Shown here piece by piece: positions 7,628-18,400 of a DNA stretch of 29,702 nt. Every line of letters starts with the position of its first letter. The stretch's first letter is position 1. Source of the DNA: a virus (Duplodnaviria; Caudoviricetes); IMG/VR virus record IMGVR_UViG_3300017763_005888, positions 1 through 29,702 of that record, one strand, 5' to 3'. Both the position numbers and the translations under genes were made by a program. Under the pieces are notes generated by a model, which was not told the DNA's origin, ran no database searches, and worked only from the letters and a program-made list of their open reading frames with translations.

Positions 7628-8701
7628 ATGGCAAATGGAATAAATCAAGCTTTTGCAAGAGCTATTTTCGATGTAGAACCAACGGCGTTATTGGAATTGT
7701 ATACATTATACTACGATTACCAGAACGATTCTCAAGCCCAAATCAATTTTCATGGAGGAACTAATGGCATTGGAGGGCCAATTATCTTTGATGGCCAAGA
7801 GTATTTGCCAATTCCTGTAGAAGCAGACGGGTTTGATTTATTAGGTGACCAAAGACTACCTAGGCCCGTAGTTAAGGTTTCAAACGCTGGTTTGTATATT
7901 TCTTCGCTTTTAAGGAAATACGATAATTTAAATGGGGCCAAAGTAGTAAGAAAAAGAACTTTTTTGAAGTTTATAGACGATGTGAACTTTCCCGACGACT
8001 CCAATCCTTGGGGGTCTGCAAATCCAGATGCTAGGATGCCAGATGATAAATATTTTATTTCTAGAAAAAAATCTGAAAATAAACTCGCGGTTGAGTTTGA
8101 GTTAGTTTCTAGTTTAGAACTCGAAAATATAGAAATTCCAGCTAGAAAAATTTCAGCAAGATACTGTTCTTGGATTTATAGAGGATTTGGGTGTAGATAC
8201 GGCTACAACAAAACTGCTACTAAAGCTGATAGGCCAATTGGAACAGTTGATGATAACACTTTTGTAACTGGCGCTGGAACTACTTTCAGATTAAACAGCG
8301 ATTTAATTCCTCTTGCTGGAGGTGGGACACACCCACAGCGAACTTCTGTTGATGCTTGTATAGATGATAAAGGATTATGGGAAGCATCTACAGATAGTTC
8401 TACGGTTACATATGCCGTGGGCGACTATATATTTAAATTAAGCGATAGGGTTAGTGAGGGACAGGGTCTCACCTCTAATTATTATCAACAACACCCAGTT
8501 TACTATATCTGTAAAAGCGGGCATGATTCTGTAAGCGGTCAGACGCCAGAAAGAAGACCCGACTTATGGATTAAAGACGAGTGTTCAAAAAAATTATTTG
8601 GTTGCAGACTTAGATTCGGAAATGATGATTTTGGAGGAGTAAATAATAATAAAGATCTTCCTTATGGCGGATTCCCAGGAACAGAAAAATATTCATACTA
8701 A
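7628..8701 (+). CDS. Lambda gpL-like minor tail (tail-tip) protein
   Basis: YLPIPVEADGFD, LPRPxxKVSN, GAKVVRKRTFLKFID, FELVS, CSWIYRGFGC ... CSKKLFGCRLRF (four Cys of the Fe-S site), LPYGGFPG. Confidence 0.93.
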   Translation: MANGINQAFARAIFDVEPTALLELYTLYYDYQNDSQAQINFHGGTNGIGGPIIFDGQEYLPIPVEADGFDLLGDQRLPRPVVKVSNAGLYISSLLRKYDNLNGAKVVRKRTFLKFIDDVNFPDDSNPWGSANPDARMPDDKYFISRKKSENKLAVEFELVSSLELENIEIPARKISARYCSWIYRGFGCRYGYNKTATKADRPIGTVDDNTFVTGAGTTFRLNSDLIPLAGGGTHPQRTSVDACIDDKGLWEASTDSSTVTYAVGDYIFKLSDRVSEGQGLTSNYYQQHPVYYICKSGHDSVSGQTPERRPDLWIKDECSKKLFGCRLRFGNDDFGGVNNNKDLPYGGFPGTEKYSY

Positions 8702-9075
8702 TGAGCATTAAAAGAAAAATAGAATTTGAATGTGAAAAAGATGTTTCCGAAGAGCGTTGCGGTTTTGTCGTCTGGAAAGACGGAGAACTAGATTTAATAA
8801 TGTGTGAAAACAGGGCCGAAGATAAGAAAAATCAATTTTATATACCAGCAAAAGAGTTTCTCTATATTAAAAAAAATAATGATATTGTAGCTATTTATCA
8901 TTCCCATAATGATGGAACCGAGAAGCCCTCAGATTTTGATATTAAATCTGCTGATATTATTTGTTATCCATTTTTAATATATTGCACAAAGAATAATAAG
9001 TTTGGAATCTACGAGCCAGAATATTCTGATGCGGGAAAAGAACAACTAGATCAACTAAAGGAAGAGGTAATATGA
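8701..9075 (+). CDS. gpK-like JAB/MPN metallopeptidase (JAB domain only)
   Basis: ERCGFV ... YHSH ... PSDFD is the JAMM motif. Positioned between L and I; no NlpC/P60 domain. Confidence 0.88.
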   Translation: MSIKRKIEFECEKDVSEERCGFVVWKDGELDLIMCENRAEDKKNQFYIPAKEFLYIKKNNDIVAIYHSHNDGTEKPSDFDIKSADIICYPFLIYCTKNNKFGIYEPEYSDAGKEQLDQLKEEVI

Positions 9076-9626
9076 CAGAAATAACTTTACATGGATTAGT
9101 TGCAAAAAAATTTAAACCATTTTTTAAGATGAGTAATATATCTAGACCAGTTGATTCTATTTTAGCTATTGACGCTAACTACGATGGGTTTAAGAACTTT
9201 TTTTTACGAGAAGCTGAAAAAAATAATTTTTATCAATTTATTGTAGATGGAGATTTAGTGACAAACGCCAACGAGGCGCTCGAAAGAAAAGAAATACAAA
9301 CAATAGATATTGTCCCGTGCGTAAGTGGCTCTGTCCCAGTACTTGCGGCATTTGTTGTAAATTTAGCGATTGGACTAGTCATGGCTGGAATACAATATTT
9401 AATGACTCCCATACCCGAAAACGAACCGAAAACAGCGGTGTCGCAGTTAGGGGGAAATTCTTTTTGGTTTGCTTCAAAAGCTAATATTCCAGCTCAGTTT
9501 ATTTCTGTGCCTTTAGGGTACGGAGAATTGAGAGTCGGCTCTAAAGTTATAGAGCAAACTATTGAGGCTATTGATAGAGCTGATGGAGATTCAAGTCCGC
9601 CAACAACAGAAGGGTCAAATTACTAA
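9072..9626 (+). CDS. gpI-like tail assembly protein, copy 1 (Ubl fold plus hydrophobic segment)
   Basis: ITLHGLVAKKF ... IDIVPCVSG, a hydrophobic helix, then VPLGYGELRVGSKVI. Confidence 0.85.
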   Translation: MTEITLHGLVAKKFKPFFKMSNISRPVDSILAIDANYDGFKNFFLREAEKNNFYQFIVDGDLVTNANEALERKEIQTIDIVPCVSGSVPVLAAFVVNLAIGLVMAGIQYLMTPIPENEPKTAVSQLGGNSFWFASKANIPAQFISVPLGYGELRVGSKVIEQTIEAIDRADGDSSPPTTEGSNY

Positions 9627-10315
9627 TGAAAACAAAAATTAGACTTCACGGAAAATTGAAAAAACTTTATGGGGAATATTTTGAGTTTGCTAATATTAGA
9701 AAACCAATTGACGCCATCAAGGCGTTAGATGCTATATTCCCAGGCTTTAAAAAGAGCGTAATTGATGAGGCTAAAGCTGGCGGGCATTACGAGATAATAT
9801 CGAACGGCGAAACAAAAAATGCATTTGAATTAACAAGAGACCAAAAAAAAATTGAAGAAGTTGATATAGTCCCTTGTTTAATTGGTCACGCTGGAAGTCT
9901 TGTTATAGCGCTTGGAGCTCTTGCTGTTGGTGTTGGTCTTTCTATTGGTGTTAGTACAGCCCTTGGAGCCTTTTTTATAGCGTTAGGCGTAGGTTTGATT
10001 ATTGCTGGTATTATGTATCTACTAACGCCTATACCAGAAAACGAACCAAATGAAAGAAGTATTACATCTTCTATTAAAAATGCATCTTTTCTTTTTCAAA
10101 ACCCAAGAAATGTATCAACACAAGGAAGAGCTATACCTATTGTGTACGGGAGACTAAGAGTTGGGTCTTATGTTGTCGGGACCGCTGTTACAAACTTTGA
10201 ATTACATTTAGACGCTCAATTACAAAGAAGATACGCATCTAATAGAACAAATGCGCTATTAAAGATACAAAAATCATTTGGGAATTCTATATCTGAATTA
10301 TACAGGACTTTCTAA
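9626..10315 (+). CDS. gpI-like tail assembly protein, copy 2
   Basis: IRLHGKLKKLYG ... VDIVPCLIG, a longer Gly/Ala hydrophobic segment, then QGRAIPIVYGRLRVGSYVV. Shares YLxTPIPENEP with copy 1. Confidence 0.88.
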   Translation: MKTKIRLHGKLKKLYGEYFEFANIRKPIDAIKALDAIFPGFKKSVIDEAKAGGHYEIISNGETKNAFELTRDQKKIEEVDIVPCLIGHAGSLVIALGALAVGVGLSIGVSTALGAFFIALGVGLIIAGIMYLLTPIPENEPNERSITSSIKNASFLFQNPRNVSTQGRAIPIVYGRLRVGSYVVGTAVTNFELHLDAQLQRRYASNRTNALLKIQKSFGNSISELYRTF

Positions 10316-13300
10316 TGAAAGAGTACATATTAAAAAAGTACAGAAAGTATAATAAAAATTTTGTATTCGGCCGAGGAGACGAGGCTCAAAAAAATCAAAA
10401 TGCACTGCAAGCTAATGCAGATAGAGTGGGTGACCAATTTACTCGACTTACTCCTCCGTTTTCTTCTGATTTAAAATTATCAACTGCTGACCTAATCGCT
10501 TGCGATTTAATATCTGAAGGGCCAATAGAGGGATTTGTTAATACTAATGGAAAATCTTGTTCAGCATTAGAAGCCACATATTTAGACGGAACAGTTGTCG
10601 CAGAACCAGTGCTTTCAACAAAGACAGTTGACAATCTAACAACAGGAAAATTAAGCGGCGTTTTTTACAACTTTAAACCTTTTGTTAGCGGTGAATTAGA
10701 TTCATACGCAAGAGAGCTTGACGGCAGATTTGTACATAAAGAATACCCGACTTCACAATCAGCCCTTGGGGCCGCGGGCAGTTACGGGGTAATCGATTTT
10801 GTAAAAAAAGTGACGACGATATTAGCTTGCCCTGGTGGTAATCAGAAACTGGATACTTTTATGGCATGGAATCACGGGTATAGTACGACAAGGACGGCAA
10901 ATGACTCTTGGGACAGTCTTAAAAGGGCTGGTCATGGGTATAGAAAGGTTCCTTATCAATACAGAAGGATATATCACCCAAATAGACCTAAACCTGGTAA
11001 TAATTATAGTCTCCCTAACACCTATGCCTACACCGATGAACAAAACCCAATTCTTTATCAAGGCAATTATGGTTTTGGAGCTTCAATAAATTCAAATGGT
11101 AGGTTGTCGAAATCTTATTGTACAAGAGCTTTTGTTAAAACCTTACATCTATCAGAGGAAGTAGGTTATGCTGGTTCTAGGTTTAACAACTTTATTGCTT
11201 ACTTAGGCACCGCCATGAGTTTTAATTCTAGTTTTTCTTCTAGATTTCCAAACGGAAGACCAAGTAAATATAGATATTCATTAGCTAGCCACTATGAACC
11301 AGAGGGATTGAAAGAACCAATTATAGATGCAATAGCTGAAAAAATAAACGATTTGGGTTATGATTATTGGAAGCCTTATAGATTTTATAACTCTGATCCA
11401 AATATTATCGGAGGTATAGCAGTACCAACGTTGGAGGCGTATTATAATAATGACGCTGCGCCATATTCATCAACTAACGTAAGATACCCGAGTGGTTTGT
11501 ACAATGTGTTTAATCCTGGAACGAAAGCATATACAAATTCAACCTCGGTTCAAAGAGACAAAATATTTCGAAGAAAGACTGTAATTGACGGAAAAAATGC
11601 TGACAAGTTTGTATCTAGATGGGGGAGTCAACAACTAGATTTAACGGAATATGGAACTTACGATAATGCGGCTAGACTTTATAAACCTAATGTAACATAT
11701 AGATTTACTGGGTCAATTTATATACCTTCTGCTAATGATAATGTTAATGTAGTAAAATTTCAATTGGTGGATAATGGCGGAAAGACTGCATTTAGTATAA
11801 CTGGAGGCACAACCGACTTTCCTTTTAATCAGTGGAATGATTTTGATTTCGAATACACAAACAATGATTTCAGAAGATTAAGAATAAGAATGTATGAAAA
11901 TAGCTCTAATCCAGGAGCGAACGCTAGCGGAGATTGGTTTGCGTTCAATGACATGACAGTTCTTGAAAAAACGACTGGAAACGCTTCAGAGAGTAGTAGC
12001 GATTTTGCGTATATGGCATTTTCTGCTGATGATTTTTTCGGTACAAATTTTAATAAAGATCACGAATTAACATTTTCAGTAGATGGAGAAAGATTAGAAA
12101 TAGAAGATAAGAATGGCCTAGGGTACTCCTTCCCAGAAGTTACTGGCTTTGATTTGAGATCAAGAAGCGTTAAAGAATCATTTGTATTAAGGAAGTTTTT
12201 GATAGAACCAGGCGGTAGCCGTGGGCAATGTTCTTATTCTAACGGGGGGTATTCGCAAACACAAGCATTTCCTATAGTTACTGGAGCTTCAAATGCTACA
12301 AGTCTTGGGATGGAGTTAAATGAAGCCGAGTCAAATAAATTTAAAGGAACTATTCTTTATCCAGTTTATTTGGGAGAAAAAGCAATTCCTTTAACATCTA
12401 ATGGAAGTATAAATACTGGAATAATATTTATTAACCCATCGGATTCAGCTACGATAAGTGGAAATAAAATTGCAAGTGGGGCATCTAACGATTATGATGT
12501 GTTTGCTTTAAAAAATGGAAATTTTGAATACGCGCACGTCGCTAACCCAAATGTTAAAGCCCCATCCGTAGAAACCTTAAACAAAAAAATAGGATTAAGG
12601 TTAGTAGAAAAAGATCCAGGTCTTTTTAATTTTAGTAATTTTAGAATGGATTTTAATTTGGGTGAAGAAAACCAGAAACCGCTAACTCAAGAAAATTTGA
12701 CTTCGACAGAATTCAATAAATCAATATACGGCCCAAGTAATCCAAACGAAGAATTTGACCCCGAGATAAATATGGACGAATCCATTACCAATGCCAATAA
12801 TGCTGGAATGAGGCGTTATTCCGCACTCGAGGGCACATCTAGCGCTGATGTTGAATCGAATCTCGAGTTTCAATCCGACTGGATGGCGAATATACCTCTT
12901 GATGTTGATTATGTACCATTAACTTATATAGTTAGTAGAAAAGAGGTAGACTGCGTAAAAATCACATTTATTATTGAACAATTATACCAAGACCTTATTT
13001 CTCAACAAGACATTTATGAAGCTTCAGTAAAAACAGATGCATTGCAGATTAATTTTTCAATTTTTATTTCTTTTGAAGGGGTTCCAGAGAGTATATTCCC
13101 GACCGAAGAAACAAAAATTTCTTATTATGGACTCGTTCCAGGTTTTTATGCTGTGGATAGTGATCAAATTACATTACCTTCATATGATGATATTATTGAT
13201 GATTATCCAAATGAAACTAAAGCTAGTTTAGCTCAAAAATTTCCAAGAAAAGTTGAAGTAAGAAAAAATGATTTCGAAACAAATTCGACAAGAATGGCGA

Positions 13301-15051
13301 GGGCGGCCAGAATATTCCAAGTCATAGAAGTGATAAAAGAAAAATTTTCTTACCCATTCTCTGCTGTGATGAAAACGTATCTTGATGCTAGATCTTTTAA
13401 AGACCCTCCGAATAAACAATGGAATCTAAGATTAAGAAAAATTAAAATACCTTCGAATTACTTTCCTTTGGATTTAGAGGGAAAAGATAAAAGATTTGTT
13501 GATAATGCAGAAAACCTAGGAACTAGAATAGTTTACGACGGCGACTGGGATGGAAGTTTTAAAATAGGTTGGACAGATAATCCTGCTTGGATTTTGTATG
13601 ATTTATTAACTGATCAAAGATATGGAGTAGGAAATCGAATAGACAGTTTTGAAGATATAAATATTTTTAATTTATATAAAATTGGTAGATATTGTGATTC
13701 TGTAGACAATAACGGAATTTTTGTTGGTCTAGATAATGGAGTGGGTGGATTAGAGCCAAGATTCTCCTGCAACATTATGTTAGATATTTCAAATAACGGT
13801 TTTGAATCAATAAAAGATATAGCATCAGTATTTAATGGTATGGCGTTCTGGGCTAATGGCAGACTAGACTTTTTCGCTGATCAGCCTAAAGAAGTGATGA
13901 TGTATTTTAACAATGGAAATGTTTTTGATGGAATATTTAATTATCAAACAACAAATAAATCTTCCTTGTTTAATACTGCAGATGTTGTCTATTTAGATAA
14001 GAGAGATAATTATACAGCGAAAAAAGAAACAATTGTTGATGAAGATGGGCTAAGAAAAAACGGACTTTTAAGAAGAAATGTTACAGCGAGAGGAGCGACA
14101 AGCAGATCACAAGCAAGTAGACTTGCAAGGTACATAATATACTCAAATAAACTAGAAAGAGAAGTCGTAAACTTTAAGACTTCTGCCCAAGGATTAATGC
14201 TTTCTATTGGAGATATTATTGAAGTCCAAGACGAGCTTAAAAACTTTGAAGCCAACTATGCAAAAATTTTAAATATACAATCAGTTGGCGATAAATTTAT
14301 AGAAATAGAAAATAAAATAAACACAAATTCCGTAATTAACAATCATAGCGGGGCTTTTGTAATAGTATCTACAGGGCAGGATAAATTAGTTGACCTATAC
14401 AATAATGTTGAAGCGGGAGGTACAATTGGAACTCAAGAATTGAATGATATGTATACTCCACAAGTTAGAAAATTAAAAATTACGGGAGCAAATGAATTAG
14501 CTACTAAAATTAGAATTGGTATCGAAGACCCAAGTGGATATTTGCCCGATGTTCAAACTGGCACTTTGATTAATTTAGATTTGACAAATAGGGTGCCGAA
14601 ACAATATAGAGTGTTGTCAATCAATCCAGAAGAAACTAATTTGTATGGGATCAGCGCTACAGAGTATAGAAAAGAAAAGTTTGATATTATAGAATCTCCA
14701 ATTAATTATTCTTTAGATGAGGCAGAGCCTTATAATATTGGAATACCACAAATCGTTAACAAGCCAATTACCGAGCCGTTAGGATTTGAAAGTCAAGTAG
14801 TGGCCACACAATACAATTCAGAGATAAACTTTCAAATTACTGGCGATATTACTGGCAATGAAACCGCTTATAAATTAAGTATTATTCATCCAAATGCGAA
14901 AGTAGATACAAAAAGAATATTAAAACAAGATACAGTGACAAATGGGAATTTTGTAACAACTGGGAAGTTTAATGATATAACTTCATTTGGAACATACACA
15001 TTTGAAGTGAGCTCTATAAGTTCAGAAGAAATTTCTGACCAAACGAATTAA
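10315..15051 (+). CDS. gpJ-like central tail fibre / host-specificity protein, copy 1
   Basis: DLISEGPIEG, FSYPFSA, IPSNY, WDGSFKIGWTDNPAWILYDLL, YCD, EPRFSCN, GATSRSQAxR, GDIIEVQD, YRVLSI, and a C-terminal FN3-like domain. Confidence 0.92.
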   Translation: MKEYILKKYRKYNKNFVFGRGDEAQKNQNALQANADRVGDQFTRLTPPFSSDLKLSTADLIACDLISEGPIEGFVNTNGKSCSALEATYLDGTVVAEPVLSTKTVDNLTTGKLSGVFYNFKPFVSGELDSYARELDGRFVHKEYPTSQSALGAAGSYGVIDFVKKVTTILACPGGNQKLDTFMAWNHGYSTTRTANDSWDSLKRAGHGYRKVPYQYRRIYHPNRPKPGNNYSLPNTYAYTDEQNPILYQGNYGFGASINSNGRLSKSYCTRAFVKTLHLSEEVGYAGSRFNNFIAYLGTAMSFNSSFSSRFPNGRPSKYRYSLASHYEPEGLKEPIIDAIAEKINDLGYDYWKPYRFYNSDPNIIGGIAVPTLEAYYNNDAAPYSSTNVRYPSGLYNVFNPGTKAYTNSTSVQRDKIFRRKTVIDGKNADKFVSRWGSQQLDLTEYGTYDNAARLYKPNVTYRFTGSIYIPSANDNVNVVKFQLVDNGGKTAFSITGGTTDFPFNQWNDFDFEYTNNDFRRLRIRMYENSSNPGANASGDWFAFNDMTVLEKTTGNASESSSDFAYMAFSADDFFGTNFNKDHELTFSVDGERLEIEDKNGLGYSFPEVTGFDLRSRSVKESFVLRKFLIEPGGSRGQCSYSNGGYSQTQAFPIVTGASNATSLGMELNEAESNKFKGTILYPVYLGEKAIPLTSNGSINTGIIFINPSDSATISGNKIASGASNDYDVFALKNGNFEYAHVANPNVKAPSVETLNKKIGLRLVEKDPGLFNFSNFRMDFNLGEENQKPLTQENLTSTEFNKSIYGPSNPNEEFDPEINMDESITNANNAGMRRYSALEGTSSADVESNLEFQSDWMANIPLDVDYVPLTYIVSRKEVDCVKITFIIEQLYQDLISQQDIYEASVKTDALQINFSIFISFEGVPESIFPTEETKISYYGLVPGFYAVDSDQITLPSYDDIIDDYPNETKASLAQKFPRKVEVRKNDFETNSTRMARAARIFQVIEVIKEKFSYPFSAVMKTYLDARSFKDPPNKQWNLRLRKIKIPSNYFPLDLEGKDKRFVDNAENLGTRIVYDGDWDGSFKIGWTDNPAWILYDLLTDQRYGVGNRIDSFEDINIFNLYKIGRYCDSVDNNGIFVGLDNGVGGLEPRFSCNIMLDISNNGFESIKDIASVFNGMAFWANGRLDFFADQPKEVMMYFNNGNVFDGIFNYQTTNKSSLFNTADVVYLDKRDNYTAKKETIVDEDGLRKNGLLRRNVTARGATSRSQASRLARYIIYSNKLEREVVNFKTSAQGLMLSIGDIIEVQDELKNFEANYAKILNIQSVGDKFIEIENKINTNSVINNHSGAFVIVSTGQDKLVDLYNNVEAGGTIGTQELNDMYTPQVRKLKITGANELATKIRIGIEDPSGYLPDVQTGTLINLDLTNRVPKQYRVLSINPEETNLYGISATEYRKEKFDIIESPINYSLDEAEPYNIGIPQIVNKPITEPLGFESQVVATQYNSEINFQITGDITGNETAYKLSIIHPNAKVDTKRILKQDTVTNGNFVTTGKFNDITSFGTYTFEVSSISSEEISDQTN

Positions 15052-15060
15052 AATAGTACT

Positions 15061-15441
15061 ATGATTATACATTCAGTAAAAGTTTTACCACCTCGAAGGG
15101 GAAATAACAAAATATCAATGATTTTGGTCAATGGGACCAATACGGCCTATAATTATGTTAAAAAATTTATTAAAGTAAATAAACAGGATGCATTGATATT
15201 TCAAATAATGATAATGGATATGGACACTATGCAAAATACACTTGTAGATTATCCTAATTTATATTTTGAAGCCCTTGTTTATGAAGAGTCTACTAAGGAT
15301 TATACTAAAAAATTTTTAAAATTTAAAAGAAATGGAATTATTATAGAATCTAAGATGTTTAAGTCAGAAGAAATAAAAATTAAAGTTTTGTTAAGGGACA
15401 AAGAAGAAGTAATTGATTATTGTCTCATTGATATAGTGTAA
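15061..15441 (+). CDS. Hypothetical beta-rich protein, probable homolog of the C-terminal domain of J copy 2
   Basis: In frame with J1 after a single TAA. Its strand pattern parallels the last ~130 aa of J2. Confidence 0.55.
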   Translation: MIIHSVKVLPPRRGNNKISMILVNGTNTAYNYVKKFIKVNKQDALIFQIMIMDMDTMQNTLVDYPNLYFEALVYEESTKDYTKKFLKFKRNGIIIESKMFKSEEIKIKVLLRDKEEVIDYCLIDIV

Positions 15442-15451
15442 TATAATTAGG
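15436..15451 (+). promoter_or_regulatory. GTGTAA motif upstream of J copy 2
   Basis: GTGTAATATAATTAGG-ATG. Confidence 0.55.
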
Positions 15452-18400
15452 ATGAAGGACTACAAGGAATATTTTAAGTCAAAAGCTAAGCTAATTAAAG
15501 GTTCTGCAACGCTAAAACCACCAGCAGGGGGTCAAGATGGCTTACAATCTGTGGCCTCCATGAATGTTTTGGATTTAATATCTGAAGGGCCTATTTACGG
15601 TTTAGTAGATGCTGAAGGTAGAAAGACTAATAATATGTCAATTTTAAATTCTCTTTATTTAGATAATACTCGTGTTTTAGATAAAGGTATACCCGAACCA
15701 CAAATAAGGACAGTAGACTTTGATCAAATCCAAATGATGGGTCGGTTAACTAGCGCAAACATAGAAACGGCTTTCGATAATATATCTGGACAGTTAGTAG
15801 CTTATGAATCTGCTACTAATTTTAATGTTAATAATGCACCGATGTCTTCTATTAAAAAAAGAGACATGGCTGAAGACAAGCAAGCTTTAATTGAATTTGT
15901 AAACGAAAATAAGTCTTTAAGCAGATTTGGAATGATTCAATTTAAATCGTATGGAATTTTTCCAACAGGAGACACAATATATTCAAGGGTTAATAACACC
16001 ACCAACCGATTTGAAAACACCGCCCCTGTTGATCCAAGTACCGTAACTAATTTCACAATTGAATGGAGCGATGGAACTAATACCTACACTGGAACCGCAA
16101 CAATAGCGATACAAGCGGGTACGACGGCTACAGCGCTTAGGTCACTTGGATCATTAAAATGGAACGTACTTGGTTCAGACGGTCAGACCTATGTGATGTT
16201 CAAACAAGAAGCTAGTGATGGACGGTTTTTTTGGCACTTTGGCGGCCTTTACTCGTATGGTAATAACAGCACTAATGGAAACGACACAAGCCTCGCTATT
16301 AATGGAGCGACATCAACGAGTGAAGATTTTCCGTGGGTTGACAGAACGGCCTCTACTTGGTATCAGTATCAAGCAACTGCTAGTCCGACTCAATGGAACC
16401 AGTGGACTTTAAGATTTACCAGCTTTAATAGTCAAGCTACTGAAATATATAATACAACAACTTTTAATTTAGATGTATATAATGGCACTAATCTAGCAAA
16501 AAGATTAATAAAAAATGAAGACGGAGAAGCTATAGAAATTCCTTCTCCAATTTTTTATGGTTATCAAGTTTTTAATAATAGCAAGTTTGGTACCTACACC
16601 GCTGCTCCAAATGCACTAGATGTAGGTGTATCTGGAAAAGTAGGAAAGAAATATTTGATAGATGGATTTGCTGGAGGAGGAATATACTTTTTTGAAATTG
16701 GGGATAACGACGAGCTAAAAGCGAATGGAGATTTTAATACTGGAAAGTTTTTTGTTGCAAAAGGCGGCAATGTCCCAAATACACTACAAAGTGGCCTAGA
16801 CAACGGATATGATGTTTTTGTTTATGATGGCGCCACTGGGCCAATTTCACTAGAATCGCCAACTCCAAATCAATTGTCCCCTATTGTTGGAGAATTAGCT
16901 GGTCAAGAGATTGGTCTAGGCTATATCAGTGATTTAAATTTAACATATAATTATGGAAACATAGATTTTGATTTTAGAGAAGGATTCGAAAGACAACCCA
17001 AAATGCTAGGTCATTCTGAGGGAGATCAAGATTTTGATATAAGAAAAAAATTATACGGACCACTTCAGTATGGAGGATCAGCTCGTGATGGAGATGGAGA
17101 AGGATATTCTGATCCAAGACAGGGGGGAGACTTTTCTACCTGGATGTTGAACCCACCACTAGAATCAGATTCGTATCCATACACTCATACAATAAAAAGA
17201 ATTGATGTAAAAAAAGCTACACCTACATTAGCTATAGAAGGTTTAAGTGACACTATAGCTAACGGTTCAAGCGCTGGCGTCCAACAAAGTGAAACCTTGT
17301 TGATGGGATTCACTTATGGTTTTGAAGGTGGAGTAACTGGAAATGTGGGGACTTTATTAGCTGCTGGAAATAATTTAAAAGATATAGCGCTTGGAACATT
17401 TGAAGTTGTTGAAACAAATAGATATGAGGGTATCGTTGTTTCTAATTACCTCGACACGTATGATGAGATAGGGGACTTGCCAAGGAATAAAGTTTTGAGG
17501 GGCGTCACGGTTGATGATACTAATATACCAGGTTTAACACAAGCTATGATAAATCAATATGGATATACATCTGGAGAACTTATATTTCCTGGAGAAGATT
17601 GGAAAGTGCCAAATAGGTTTATAAAAATAGAAAAATTAAGTTACGAAACAGACTCAACTCTTATTACAAGAGACTGTTCTTTAAGTTATGTATCTGAAAG
17701 AATTGGTGAGCCATTTAGTTATCCGCTTGTAGCAACTGCTGGAACTATTTTTGATGCTAGAAATTTTGCGGCGCAGCCAACTAGAGACTTTGAAGTTAGG
17801 GGGAAGCTTATTGCGATACCATCAAACTATGAACCATTGGATTCAGACGGGAGCGACAAAAGGTTTATATCGAGTTCAAAAGATTATGGGCTGAGAAGCA
17901 TTCAAACTTATAACGGGTCATCTAATTATGCACAAGTTTATGATCATATTGATTTGGGGACTAGCAATTTTGAAATTGAAGCAAGAGTTGGATTTGGCTC
18001 TGTATTTACGACGACTGCCAACTATCAGTATATTGTAGACATGGAGGGAGGAACCTTGCAAGAAAATAGAATAGCTATATATCAAACCGATGATCAAATA
18101 TTAGCAATTGTAAAAGAATCCACCTCAACAGATACCGATTTTATACTTGGTACAAGTATAGCTGGAAGAAATAGTAGTCATTTTTATAATGATTGGGAGT
18201 GGATAAATGATGCTCAAAATCTTACGTTTGATGCTAATGATGCTAATATTGATACTAGCACTAGTTTTAATATACAGTTTGATTTACTTCTAGGCAATGT
18301 TGGTAGTGCTAGTCCTGGAAATAGTATCTTATGGACAGCGGGAAGCCATCAAAGAGTTGAAATAAGGTTTACTAGTGGAAATAGAATACAACTAACTCTT

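Noticed and set aside
7595-7648. N-terminal extension of the GNAT ORF from TTG 7648
   Set aside because: Overlaps the divergent gpL start and promoter; ATG 7594 gives a typical GNAT N-terminus.
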